From: a virus
Length of the DNA stretch: 64,000 nt
Virus record (IMG/VR): IMGVR_UViG_3300035123_000008
Location: 5,583 to 69,582 of that record
Direction: 5' to 3' (one strand)
The notes beneath the pieces are model-generated. The model saw nothing but the letters and a program-made list of their open reading frames with translations, was not told the DNA's origin and ran no database searches. This document shows, one piece after another, positions 27,163 to 36,299 of this stretch. Each line of letters begins with the position of its first letter. Positions within the stretch are counted from its first letter, which is position 1. The position numbers and the translations under genes were made by a program.

Positions 27163-28797
27163 ATGCCATATAGTGGACCAGACGACCCTGATCTCCCAGA
27201 AAACGTCCAAGACTTATCGCAGGACAAAAGGGAACAGTGGGTTGCAATTTTTAACTCATCCTTCGAGCGTTGTCAGGAGGAAGGGTTGAGCGAAGTTGCA
27301 GATGACCCCTCCCAATTCGATAGCTGTGAAGCCTTCGCATTTGCCAACGCCAACGGTGTCGTATTGGAGAAGGAGGAGCGAATGGAAAAACCTAGATGGA
27401 TGCAAGCATGGGAACAATTGCGCGACCTGATTCTTGAGTTCCCCAAGAGCATTACAGAGTTGCGTGCCCTCAGTGGTGAATCGCTTTTCAATCAACTGTG
27501 GGATGGTCTGCTTGAGCGCGGTGACTGGATTTGGGTCAACGATATTTATTGGGACGATGATGGCAGCACCTTTGCCATAGTTTCCAGTGAAGGCAAATTG
27601 TATCGGGTCAACTTTACCATTGATGGTAATGAAGTCCGTGTCTCCGATGATTGGCAAGAAGTAGAGCCAGAGTTTAAACCTCTTTCAAGAACTACAACCA
27701 AAATCATAAGGCAGAAGGATGGTCGTGTGCGGTGGCTTTCCATTTCCAACACGGCGGTTCTCAACCGTTCCGGAGAGCTTGATGCACGTGAGCTATTTGA
27801 TAGCTTTATCCAACATGCACAGGAAACAGGTGAGCATCCATATCGAACTTTTTACCATCAGGGGAAAGAGATGAAAACGGGTGACACCGATTTCATGGCT
27901 CGTGATGGATACTGCTACATCACCAGCGGTTTGTATGAAGAGGACAATCCTCTCGCAGAGCATGAAATAAAAGCATTGGAGCGAGAGCCGGAGTATTGGG
28001 GAGAAAGCATTGGATTTGAAGTCTCAGACTTTGAAAATATGGAGGTGGCAGAGGGAGTAACGATACCAGTTTTCACAAAAGGAATTCACAGAGAAACATC
28101 AACATTACCGAGCGACCGTGCTTGCGCTTTGTTTACAAGGACGTTCGCAACGAAGGAGGTTGCACGAATGAAACCAGATGTTAAGGAGGCACTCACACGC
28201 TTAACCGATGGCGACGAGGAATTGATCGAACAGTTTGACGAGGTGTTGAATGAAACCAACCGAACCATTGAAGAGGAGAATCTTGTCAGGCGAGAGGAAG
28301 AGGTTGAACCAGAAGCCGAAGCTGAACCAGTGGAAGAGGAAGTCGAAGCTGAAGAGGAAGAGGCTGAAGAGGAAGCTGAACCCGTTGCCGAGGTTGAGGA
28401 AGAGGAGCCAGAAGTTGTAGAGCAAGCGTTTCCTGAGATCGGAGAGCTGGAGCTTGACGATGAAGTTGTGGAGCGTATTGCTGAAACTGCTTTGCAGTCC
28501 GAGCATATCATCTCGGAGTTTGAATTGCGGGATGGAGACATTGCAGAGCTAAAGAAAGGCATCGAGGAGTTACAGGCAATCGTTCGTGGGTTGCAAGACC
28601 TACCGAAGCGTGTCACTGCGCTTGAGTTGTCCGATGATGAAAAGCGTCAAGTTTGGTTGGAGGATCAACCCAAGAAAGCGGAAAAGATAACTGTGACCTA
28701 TCGTCCTCGCGAGGATCCCGAGAAGGAATCAGAGGAAGAAGAGTCGATGGCTTCGAAGGCAGAGGATACGTTGGAAAAGATGCCAACGTACAAGTAA
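27163..28797 (+). CDS. ChaB-like domain + putative prohead protease (XkdF-like) + acidic scaffold
   Basis: MPYSGPDDPDLPENVQ...QWVAIFNS (ChaB-like); WLSISNTAVLNRSGE...FYHQG core; Glu-rich coiled C-terminus; directly upstream of MCP. Confidence 0.7.
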   Translation: MPYSGPDDPDLPENVQDLSQDKREQWVAIFNSSFERCQEEGLSEVADDPSQFDSCEAFAFANANGVVLEKEERMEKPRWMQAWEQLRDLILEFPKSITELRALSGESLFNQLWDGLLERGDWIWVNDIYWDDDGSTFAIVSSEGKLYRVNFTIDGNEVRVSDDWQEVEPEFKPLSRTTTKIIRQKDGRVRWLSISNTAVLNRSGELDARELFDSFIQHAQETGEHPYRTFYHQGKEMKTGDTDFMARDGYCYITSGLYEEDNPLAEHEIKALEREPEYWGESIGFEVSDFENMEVAEGVTIPVFTKGIHRETSTLPSDRACALFTRTFATKEVARMKPDVKEALTRLTDGDEELIEQFDEVLNETNRTIEEENLVRREEEVEPEAEAEPVEEEVEAEEEEAEEEAEPVAEVEEEEPEVVEQAFPEIGELELDDEVVERIAETALQSEHIISEFELRDGDIAELKKGIEELQAIVRGLQDLPKRVTALELSDDEKRQVWLEDQPKKAEKITVTYRPREDPEKESEEEESMASKAEDTLEKMPTYK

Positions 28798-28834
28798 ACC
28801 TTGCCCTAGTTAGTATTATTCAGGAGGAAAAAAC

Positions 28835-30154
28835 ATGACACAAGGTGTTGATATAAGAGAACGACAGAGCGATATGAGTATCAGTTCGTTGGCGACAATC
28901 TATGGTTGTTGTGGGTTGTTCGATCTTTGTGGAGATGCAGATTTAATCTCTCTGTCAATGGAGGGTGCTGATCCATTTCTAGACTGGATTGGTTGGGTTC
29001 CAACGTTAGATTGTATCGTCAAGAGACACTTCATTGCTTGGAATCGCCCGGAATATTCTGCTGGCTCTCCAACCGCGGGTTATCTGGCTGATCCATGCGC
29101 CGACCCCAACTCGGTAGAGTGGGGCGTGTGTGATTTCACGCTGGAAGATTTCGCTCGTCTGCGACGTGAAGGACCTGTGCGGGACGTAACCTACAACGCA
29201 GTCAATTACTGCCAGTCCCAACCGCGCTATCGCCTTGATGGAACGCTGATCGATGATGACCGAGAGTACGATGCTCGTGTGATCTCCGAGGTTCTGCTGC
29301 AAGACCTGCGTCGAATGTTCGTAACTGGTTCAGGTGCGGCTGGAACCTTTGCAGGGCTCGAGCAGCTTGTGAACACAGGCTATACCAATTCAGATGGCAC
29401 ACCCTGCCGTTTGATGGATAGTATGGTCATCGACTGGAACAGCAACGGCATGAATGGGGGCGCGGGAGCGACCTTCAATGGTGCTGGTATTGCTGCTGGC
29501 TACAACTTTGTCGATGTGCTGCTTGACATCTATCGCCGGATGCGAACACGGCTCTCTTGGTCACCTACGCTTGCCTCTCAGCCTCTGAGTACTGGAGATG
29601 TTGTGTTGGTAATGCCGACACATATGGTTCGATGCTTGCTGGATGCGTATACCTGCTGGAGCGTTTGTGATGGGCAGGAATACAACGAAGTTGCAATCCA
29701 GTCGTATGAAGCTCGAACCTTCAGGACCCAGTTGAATGGTGGCATGTTTGGCAGTGGTCGTATCTTCCTCGATGGGTTTGAAGTTCCCCTGATCGCGTAC
29801 GATTGGGAACTCATCAAGGGACCAACCCTTTCAGACATCTATATGCTGGTTGGAAATGTTGGAAGCGTAAAGACGCTCATGGGTGAGTTCGATGATATGC
29901 GGGCTGTTACGTCAAGCTTCCCAGAAGCTGGCTATTTCGTAACTGATGGTGGTCGCTTCTTGGGTTGGCTGGATCGTGATGAAACCTGCTACACCCAGAC
30001 ATTAGAGTTTCGACCGAGGCTTGTGTCATGGGCGCCATGGTTGAATGCTAGGTTCCAGAATGTGCGTTGCGAAACCCCAACTGGACCTCTCTCACCAGAC
30101 CCAACGGCAACGAGCTTCTTCCCAGAGACCTCGTTCGATATTGCGGAATGCTGA
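28835..30154 (+). CDS. Major capsid protein
   Basis: Follows the scaffold gene with AGGAGG SD; 439 aa; followed by a hairpin; assigned by synteny. Confidence 0.75.
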   Translation: MTQGVDIRERQSDMSISSLATIYGCCGLFDLCGDADLISLSMEGADPFLDWIGWVPTLDCIVKRHFIAWNRPEYSAGSPTAGYLADPCADPNSVEWGVCDFTLEDFARLRREGPVRDVTYNAVNYCQSQPRYRLDGTLIDDDREYDARVISEVLLQDLRRMFVTGSGAAGTFAGLEQLVNTGYTNSDGTPCRLMDSMVIDWNSNGMNGGAGATFNGAGIAAGYNFVDVLLDIYRRMRTRLSWSPTLASQPLSTGDVVLVMPTHMVRCLLDAYTCWSVCDGQEYNEVAIQSYEARTFRTQLNGGMFGSGRIFLDGFEVPLIAYDWELIKGPTLSDIYMLVGNVGSVKTLMGEFDDMRAVTSSFPEAGYFVTDGGRFLGWLDRDETCYTQTLEFRPRLVSWAPWLNARFQNVRCETPTGPLSPDPTATSFFPETSFDIAEC

Positions 30155-30177
30155 TCGTATTTCCTTCTGTGAATTTG

Positions 30178-30205
30178 GGGGCAGGGTTTTTCATTGCCCT
30201 GCCCC
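30178..30205 (+). terminator. GC-rich hairpin after MCP (attenuator / mRNA stabiliser)
   Basis: GGGGCAGGG-10 nt-CCCTGCCCC; no strong U tract. Confidence 0.55.
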
Positions 30206-30226
30206 TACATCTAAACGGGAGTCAGC

Positions 30227-32080
30227 ATGGAAAATCTTACGGTCGTTATTCCGTTTTTCAACGGGCATGAAACTATTGGTAGGTTACTCGATAGCCTACC
30301 AGCGGAGTTATCGGTCATTGTCGTAGATGACTTGAGCGATGAACCGTTGCACCTTAACAATCGAAACGTGACAGTGTTAGCTTTGCTGGAAAAGGGCTAT
30401 TTCGCTGGAGCGGTCAATACGGGGTTAGCAGCTTGCGACACCGATGTACTGGTTCTCAACCAAGACGTTGCCTTTACTGATGGACGCTGGCTTGATTTTA
30501 TCGAAAAGAATCGTGGTCGGTATGCCGTCATAGGGGATGGTGTCTTTGGTCACCCTGCTTGGGAAAAGGGTTATGTGCAAGGGACCTTCATGTTCATGCG
30601 CCGAGATGCGATCAATGAAGTTGGCTATCTCGACACTGAGAATTATCCATTGTGGGGTTGTACTGCCGAGTGGCAGCTGCGCGCTTGTCGATACGATTAC
30701 GAAGCACTCCCTGTAAAACCTGTTCCAGGCATGTACCACGAAAGGGATGCGTATGGAGGCAAGAGCTATGGATCCTCCATCACAACCATATTGGAGCGCG
30801 AGCCTGATAAGAGAGGCTATTTCATAAGAACGCCTCCTATGATCTCCGTGGTTGTACCTTGCTTCAATCATGGTCGCTATTTGCAGGACCTTGTCAATTC
30901 CCTGCTCGGTGGTAAAACGCCCCTTGGTGAGTTTCCCCCTCAATCCTTCCAGTCCTTTGAGATCATTTTGGTTGATGATGCAAGCTCGGATGACACTTGG
31001 GAATACATGCAAGAGCTTGTCGATCCGTGGAAGGGCATACGGGCATACCAACACAAGGTCAACAGTGGAACCGCTGCCGCGAACAACACAGGTGCGAAGC
31101 GCGCATATGGAAAGTTTCTCACCTTTATTAGCGCAGATGACATGATGGAACCGGATCGCCTTGAGCGACTTTACAAAGCATCGCTCAAGCATGAAGGGAA
31201 AGTGATCTACGATGATATGTTTGTGTTTACACGTGACAAGCGATCCAAAGCGTGGGCGATGCGCAACTATGATTTTGAATTGCTGCTCACGAAAAATCAC
31301 ATGCACGCCGGAATCTTCTTTCCGAGAAAAGCATGGGAGGAAGTAGGTGGTTATCCCGAGCTAATGAACAAAGGGCGTGAGGATTGGGCTTTCAATGTGC
31401 GCCTTGGTATTCATGGCTGGTGTGGCCACCATTTGAGCAATTATGCAGGATACCTTTATCGCAGGGAGGGGCAGAACAGAACGCTAACCAACACAAACCC
31501 TGTCTGGCGATCTATTTTTCTAAACCAGATGGTTTCCTTATTTGGAAACATCTATGCAGGAGAGCGACCTATGGGATGCTGTGGTGGTAGACGAAGAAAC
31601 CAACCCAAGACGATTAAAAGAAGGAGGTCACCAATGGCATTGCCGGGGAGTGAAGGCATGGTCCTGATCGAGTACCTTGAAGGCAAGCATGGGATCATGA
31701 GCTTTTATGGACCTGTGACAGGAACCCGTTACACCTTTGGAGGTAGCAGGAAGGTGAGCTACGTTGACGCCGAAGATGCAGCGGAAATGGTTGGTATGGT
31801 CAAGAACCGTAAATCCGTTTTCAGGTACTTCGAAGCCAAGAAGAAAAAGAAAGTGGAAGTGCGCAAGGTTGCAGCTAAAGACGAAGCTCCTGAAGCTGTG
31901 CCGGTGGACGATGTGCCGGTCTTTGATCCGGGAGCGATGAGCATTTCCGAGCTAACCAAGGCACTCGAAGGTATCAGCAACGTTGGGATACTGGAAGAAG
32001 TGCATAAGCAGGAGCAAGTGGGGAAAGCTAGAGTTGGGGCGTTGAGGGCGATCAATGCTGCAATTAAAGATGCTCGCTAA
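30227..32080 (+). CDS. Tandem GT2-GT2 glycosyltransferase with C-terminal non-GT domain
   Basis: VVIPFFNG...VVDDLS...LNQD and VVVPCFNH...LVDDASSD...ISADD...EDW; C-terminal MGCCGG.../MALPGSEG... segment. Confidence 0.85.
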   Translation: MENLTVVIPFFNGHETIGRLLDSLPAELSVIVVDDLSDEPLHLNNRNVTVLALLEKGYFAGAVNTGLAACDTDVLVLNQDVAFTDGRWLDFIEKNRGRYAVIGDGVFGHPAWEKGYVQGTFMFMRRDAINEVGYLDTENYPLWGCTAEWQLRACRYDYEALPVKPVPGMYHERDAYGGKSYGSSITTILEREPDKRGYFIRTPPMISVVVPCFNHGRYLQDLVNSLLGGKTPLGEFPPQSFQSFEIILVDDASSDDTWEYMQELVDPWKGIRAYQHKVNSGTAAANNTGAKRAYGKFLTFISADDMMEPDRLERLYKASLKHEGKVIYDDMFVFTRDKRSKAWAMRNYDFELLLTKNHMHAGIFFPRKAWEEVGGYPELMNKGREDWAFNVRLGIHGWCGHHLSNYAGYLYRREGQNRTLTNTNPVWRSIFLNQMVSLFGNIYAGERPMGCCGGRRRNQPKTIKRRRSPMALPGSEGMVLIEYLEGKHGIMSFYGPVTGTRYTFGGSRKVSYVDAEDAAEMVGMVKNRKSVFRYFEAKKKKKVEVRKVAAKDEAPEAVPVDDVPVFDPGAMSISELTKALEGISNVGILEEVHKQEQVGKARVGALRAINAAIKDAR

Positions 32081-32381
32081 ACTGATAGTCGCAGGTTTTG
32101 CATGCTACAGATTGGCTCAACTTGTGGTCTATGATGACGGTCCGTTTCGATTGTTTGACAAGCTGCGCATTGTCGCAGGGTGCTATGACTACGGGGAGGA
32201 CGGTCAGCCACAGAGCGAACTAGGGCGACTTTTAAGCTGTCCTTACTGCGTAGGTATTTGGATAGCTCTACCGTTAGCCCTTGTCCCCCCATGTCAGACA
32301 GTTATTGAGTTTGTGGTTGCTTGGTTTGCAATAGCTGGACTTCAAGCGTTACTTGAACAGCTTTGCAACGGGAGAGAGTAA
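32055..32381 (+). CDS. DUF1360-like membrane protein
   Basis: ACYRLAQLVVYDDGPF...LLSCPYCVGIW. Confidence 0.75.
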   Translation: MLQLKMLAKLIVAGFACYRLAQLVVYDDGPFRLFDKLRIVAGCYDYGEDGQPQSELGRLLSCPYCVGIWIALPLALVPPCQTVIEFVVAWFAIAGLQALLEQLCNGRE

Positions 32382-34780
32382 TGGGCATAGGAACAGGCAT
32401 ATCTCCTATTTTTGAAAATCTCTCTAAGTTCACCTTGGGAGATATTACTTGGTTGCTGAGGGATGACTTTCTCACAAATATAGCGGCTGGATCAGTTGAC
32501 GGAACTCCTGCAGAACCCGGACCGGGAACGAGAGCTGTCACTGACACTGGCAATGATTTAAGTATATCTGGCGGCGAGTTAGTAGTTATCGGAAATAATG
32601 CTTGGGGTGATCCAGAGATACATTATGATACTCCTGTAATTACAAGAGAACCCGGATTATTATTATTATTTCACAGTTTATTTGATGATGGACTCGCTAT
32701 AGAGATAGGCTTTGACAACGATTTAATATCAAGACCACAATCAAACTTTTTTAGAGCAGGTACAAATCCTGTAGAGGTAAATGGACGAGACATAGATTCA
32801 CTGACAGATCAGAATTATTATTGGTGGGCTATAGCGTTAAGGTCAACAGGGGCTTATCATTTTATAAAAGGAGATCCAGAGTTTCCAGATTGGGCATTAG
32901 TTTACGCTAGTCCTATACTAAGCCATTCGCCCTTATATATTGCATTAGACCTCTATCATGTAATTACCGATAAAGTTTCCACATTCCGTATTCCAGACCC
33001 CTCACAAGGAGGCTGCAAGTTCTTACCTTCCCCCATTCTCTCTGATGGGTTCGGGGCAACGCCTCCGGATGCAATAGATAGTGGAGATGGGGGGCACGAT
33101 GGGACCTATAACGACGTAGCTTTACGTGGTGAAGAAATGGCGTTTTTAGGTGATCCGGTGGATGGAGGAGCAGGACCTTATGTTCAACTTCCTAGTGCGT
33201 CATTGGATACGCCTTTTGATTATGGGGAACACGCATTAATCATTCGTGCTCAAGCAGATTTTTGGAGTGCGTCTAAGGGGACAACACATCGTCTTTTTGA
33301 TATTGGAAAAGACGTAAGCAATTACACATACTTCAGAACGTATGGACAGCAATTTTATTGGTATTCAAGAGGAGGAGGCGTTCAACAAGGTGTAAACGAA
33401 AGTCATTTAGCTTATTCAGGAGTTCTAACTTTCGGAGTTACTCGATCAGAATCTGCTGACGAGATGAAGGCATATAAAGATGGTTCTCAAGTTGGAACAA
33501 CACAATCAGGATTAGGAACATTTGTTGGACCTCTTGCTGATGGCTGGTGTACGGTTGGAGCTGTCGTGACAGGGGCAGCCGAAGCATGGGGAGGTTGGGC
33601 AAGTGATGCGATTGTAACTTTAAATGGTGTCGTGCCAGATGCTACGGATATGTCAGATATTCATGATTATTTAGATGCAGGCACACTCACGAAAGCTATT
33701 TTGGACGACATACTCGGAGTTGGAAATTACGCATGGTGGAAACTCGATGAAGAAGCTCCTTTAAGCGATGGGCTTGGTCATCCAGAAGGTATAGCCAGAG
33801 GCATCGGGCTTGGTGGTGGAAGTGAACAATACGAATTATATGGGAATTACTTTTTAGATGGTTCCGGCGAATTAGGTTGTCATCCAGCAAAGGGAGCGAA
33901 TGACTTATTGAATCCCTTCTTTTCTGATTGGACCGCGGATGATCCGGATGATTGGGCAGTTACAGAGGATCTTGTGAATACAGAGGTTTGTGAAGTTGCA
34001 ACGGGAGAAGCTCATGCCGATTGTGGAACTCCCGGAGGGGAACATTGTAATATGTGGCGAAGCGGGGGAGCATCCAGAGTTTTTATGACGCAAAATACTC
34101 TGACAGCAGGAAGGTTTTACTTATTTACAATTGATGTTGATACGCACGTTTCAGGGTCAATGGAATTGCGGGACGGATCAGGAGGTTATCAATTCGATAA
34201 TATCTGCTCTGGTGCGGGAGTTGAACGATATGTGGGGCTTCCAGTAGGAAATTTAATGCAATTCAGATCAGACGCAGACCCAACGGATATAACTTTTGAT
34301 GACTTCTTAGCACAGCCTCTTTCATGGTCTGATATTTTCCAATCCATAGAACGAGAAACACCAGATGTATTAATTGAAGTTGAATTAACCATAGATAGTA
34401 ATATGCCTGCTGGATTGGTATTGAATCTTGATGATCCTGACAACCCTCAGAATTTTACAATCGTTTATTTTGAAAGATCACAAGCCAGAATTCGAGTTGG
34501 GAAGATGGTAGCCGGAACCTTCTCAGTAGTTTCAACAACGGCAGATGTTTATGGTGCTGGTGATGTACTTCGGGTTATCAAGGACGGCACATCAGTCAGG
34601 GTTTATTATGACAACACTTTTGTCGTTGCTGACACGATCTCGGACGCAGGCATTATTGATAACGTTTATCACGGATTACTTTCTCCTTGGTATGCAAACC
34701 GAGCAGATAATCTAGTGATCTATGCTCGGGGAACTTCCGGCGAATATGATCCTTACCTTGACCCATTTATTCAGGATTAA
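32381..34780 (+). CDS. Large virion/receptor-binding protein with LamG/concanavalin-like domains
   Basis: Beta-rich; MKAYKDGSQVG...WGGWASDAIV LamG-like segment; TAATG coupling. Confidence 0.6.
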   Translation: MGIGTGISPIFENLSKFTLGDITWLLRDDFLTNIAAGSVDGTPAEPGPGTRAVTDTGNDLSISGGELVVIGNNAWGDPEIHYDTPVITREPGLLLLFHSLFDDGLAIEIGFDNDLISRPQSNFFRAGTNPVEVNGRDIDSLTDQNYYWWAIALRSTGAYHFIKGDPEFPDWALVYASPILSHSPLYIALDLYHVITDKVSTFRIPDPSQGGCKFLPSPILSDGFGATPPDAIDSGDGGHDGTYNDVALRGEEMAFLGDPVDGGAGPYVQLPSASLDTPFDYGEHALIIRAQADFWSASKGTTHRLFDIGKDVSNYTYFRTYGQQFYWYSRGGGVQQGVNESHLAYSGVLTFGVTRSESADEMKAYKDGSQVGTTQSGLGTFVGPLADGWCTVGAVVTGAAEAWGGWASDAIVTLNGVVPDATDMSDIHDYLDAGTLTKAILDDILGVGNYAWWKLDEEAPLSDGLGHPEGIARGIGLGGGSEQYELYGNYFLDGSGELGCHPAKGANDLLNPFFSDWTADDPDDWAVTEDLVNTEVCEVATGEAHADCGTPGGEHCNMWRSGGASRVFMTQNTLTAGRFYLFTIDVDTHVSGSMELRDGSGGYQFDNICSGAGVERYVGLPVGNLMQFRSDADPTDITFDDFLAQPLSWSDIFQSIERETPDVLIEVELTIDSNMPAGLVLNLDDPDNPQNFTIVYFERSQARIRVGKMVAGTFSVVSTTADVYGAGDVLRVIKDGTSVRVYYDNTFVVADTISDAGIIDNVYHGLLSPWYANRADNLVIYARGTSGEYDPYLDPFIQD

Positions 34781-34782
34781 AA

Positions 34783-35319
34783 ATGAAAGCTTATTGCTTG
34801 GTTGAACAAATAGCAGGAACGCCACAATTTCGAGAAGATTTTGATTTCTTTAGACCTACGGGACAACGGGTCACGACCCATGAGCGCGAGCGTCTTGAGG
34901 AGGAAGTAGACATTCTAGATGATGATGGGAATCCAACGGGTGAAACGCAAATGGTTTTCGCGGGATGGGGAGACAGGTATGAAGTTGAAGTGGATGAGAT
35001 CGTTGGCGGTTGGGTTCTTGTCGGGATTGATGGCGATTGGGGCGCTTATCTACTCTATGGTGTTATGGCAGCGATTAATGCAGCGGTCGGGTTTCCTGAG
35101 ATTATTAACGTCTCTTTGAAACGCAACCTTGGTAATCCAATAGTCGCTGCGAATCGGAATGATGTAAATGACTGGTTATCAGCAAGGGGCTATGACGAAG
35201 TGGCAGCAGGTACTTTATCACGTGATGCAGTTGCCCAAGTTTTTAGTCATTTTGACCCTGATTTTCAGTTGGAGAAATATGACGTTGGCGAAGATGACGC
35301 CAACGATGAGCCAAGCTAA
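34783..35319 (+). CDS. Hypothetical protein
   Basis: AGGA SD; tight packing. Confidence 0.65.
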   Translation: MKAYCLVEQIAGTPQFREDFDFFRPTGQRVTTHERERLEEEVDILDDDGNPTGETQMVFAGWGDRYEVEVDEIVGGWVLVGIDGDWGAYLLYGVMAAINAAVGFPEIINVSLKRNLGNPIVAANRNDVNDWLSARGYDEVAAGTLSRDAVAQVFSHFDPDFQLEKYDVGEDDANDEPS

Positions 35320-36037
35320 AAAAGGGTTGGCTCTGACAGGTAGTAATCCGGAGGATGCTGAGACACTTTCAGCAGAGTGGTGGTACGTCTACTCGGTTTG
35401 GGATGAACATATTGAAAGTGATGGATATGTTCCCATGCTCAAAGATGGTACACCGGACGGAACTTTACCAAGCTATTTTGATGGGTTTGTGCTGGTGTTC
35501 AACGAGCCGAGCATCGAAGGTATCCCTCCAGACGAGGGAGCGCAGCGATACCTCATGCTGCGAGACTTATACGAAGATGCGAAGTTCGTGGTGGGAGGTG
35601 CGGTTGAAGCGAACACGGAATGGGCTATAGAGTTTTTGGGATACCTTGAAGATGATGAATACCCGGAGCGTTGGCATGTGCATCACTACTTCGCTAACAG
35701 CATTGAGCAAGCGGTTGCAGACATTCGCAGCTTTCACGAATTAGTTGATCGCCCTTTGTGGGTTACGGAGTTTGGGAGTACCAACGGGAATGAAACAGCT
35801 ACCAGTTCGTTCATGCTCTTTATGGAAACAACAGCTTGGATCGAGTATTACGCTTACTTCCCAACCCGTATGCTTCAAGCTTCTGCAGGAGGGTTCGACT
35901 GGTTCCCTCCACACTGGCTACCGGAAATGGCTTTGATCGACTGGCATAGTGGAGAGCTTATGCCAATGGGAGAAATGTATCGGGACTTTGAAGTGACGAC
36001 TCTCATCTTCCCGAAAGTAGAACACGGAGGAAAATAA
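35279..36037 (+). CDS. Glycoside hydrolase catalytic core (GH-A clan, Glyco_hydro_cc/GH128-like)
   Basis: VFNEP (acid/base), HVHHY, LWVTEFG (nucleophile); start 35279 or 35306. Confidence 0.8.
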   Translation: MTLAKMTPTMSQAKKGLALTGSNPEDAETLSAEWWYVYSVWDEHIESDGYVPMLKDGTPDGTLPSYFDGFVLVFNEPSIEGIPPDEGAQRYLMLRDLYEDAKFVVGGAVEANTEWAIEFLGYLEDDEYPERWHVHHYFANSIEQAVADIRSFHELVDRPLWVTEFGSTNGNETATSSFMLFMETTAWIEYYAYFPTRMLQASAGGFDWFPPHWLPEMALIDWHSGELMPMGEMYRDFEVTTLIFPKVEHGGK

Positions 36038-36288
36038 TGGCTCCACCAACTCTAAAAGCGATTTATCCAGCCGAGAGTGCTTATGAAGTAACACCGAGTA
36101 ACACGACTGATTTGCCAAGTCCAACCAGAGGGATATATGTTGGTAATACGGGAAACGTTCGGGTGCAAATGAAGGGTGGTCAGGTGGTTGACTTTGTTGC
36201 GCTTGCTGCTGGAGTTATCCATGCTATTCAAGCTGTGCGCATTCACTCATCAGGAACAACGGCAACGAATATTTTGGCACTTTATTAA
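36037..36288 (+). CDS. Head spike base protein (RcGTA Rcc01079-like)
   Basis: YEVTPSNTTDL...TRGIYVGNTGNVRV...GVIHAIQAVRIHSSGTTATNILALY. Confidence 0.8.
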   Translation: MAPPTLKAIYPAESAYEVTPSNTTDLPSPTRGIYVGNTGNVRVQMKGGQVVDFVALAAGVIHAIQAVRIHSSGTTATNILALY

Positions 36289-36299
36289 GGCAGGTAAAC

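Noticed and set aside
28086-28616. Ser-rich antisense ORFs (also 12278-12469 and 54257-54448)
   Set aside because: Reverse-complement artefacts of Glu-rich or Pro/Thr-rich coding sequence
30425-31306. 293-aa antisense ORF
   Set aside because: Shadow of the GT2 gene; no motifs, no SD
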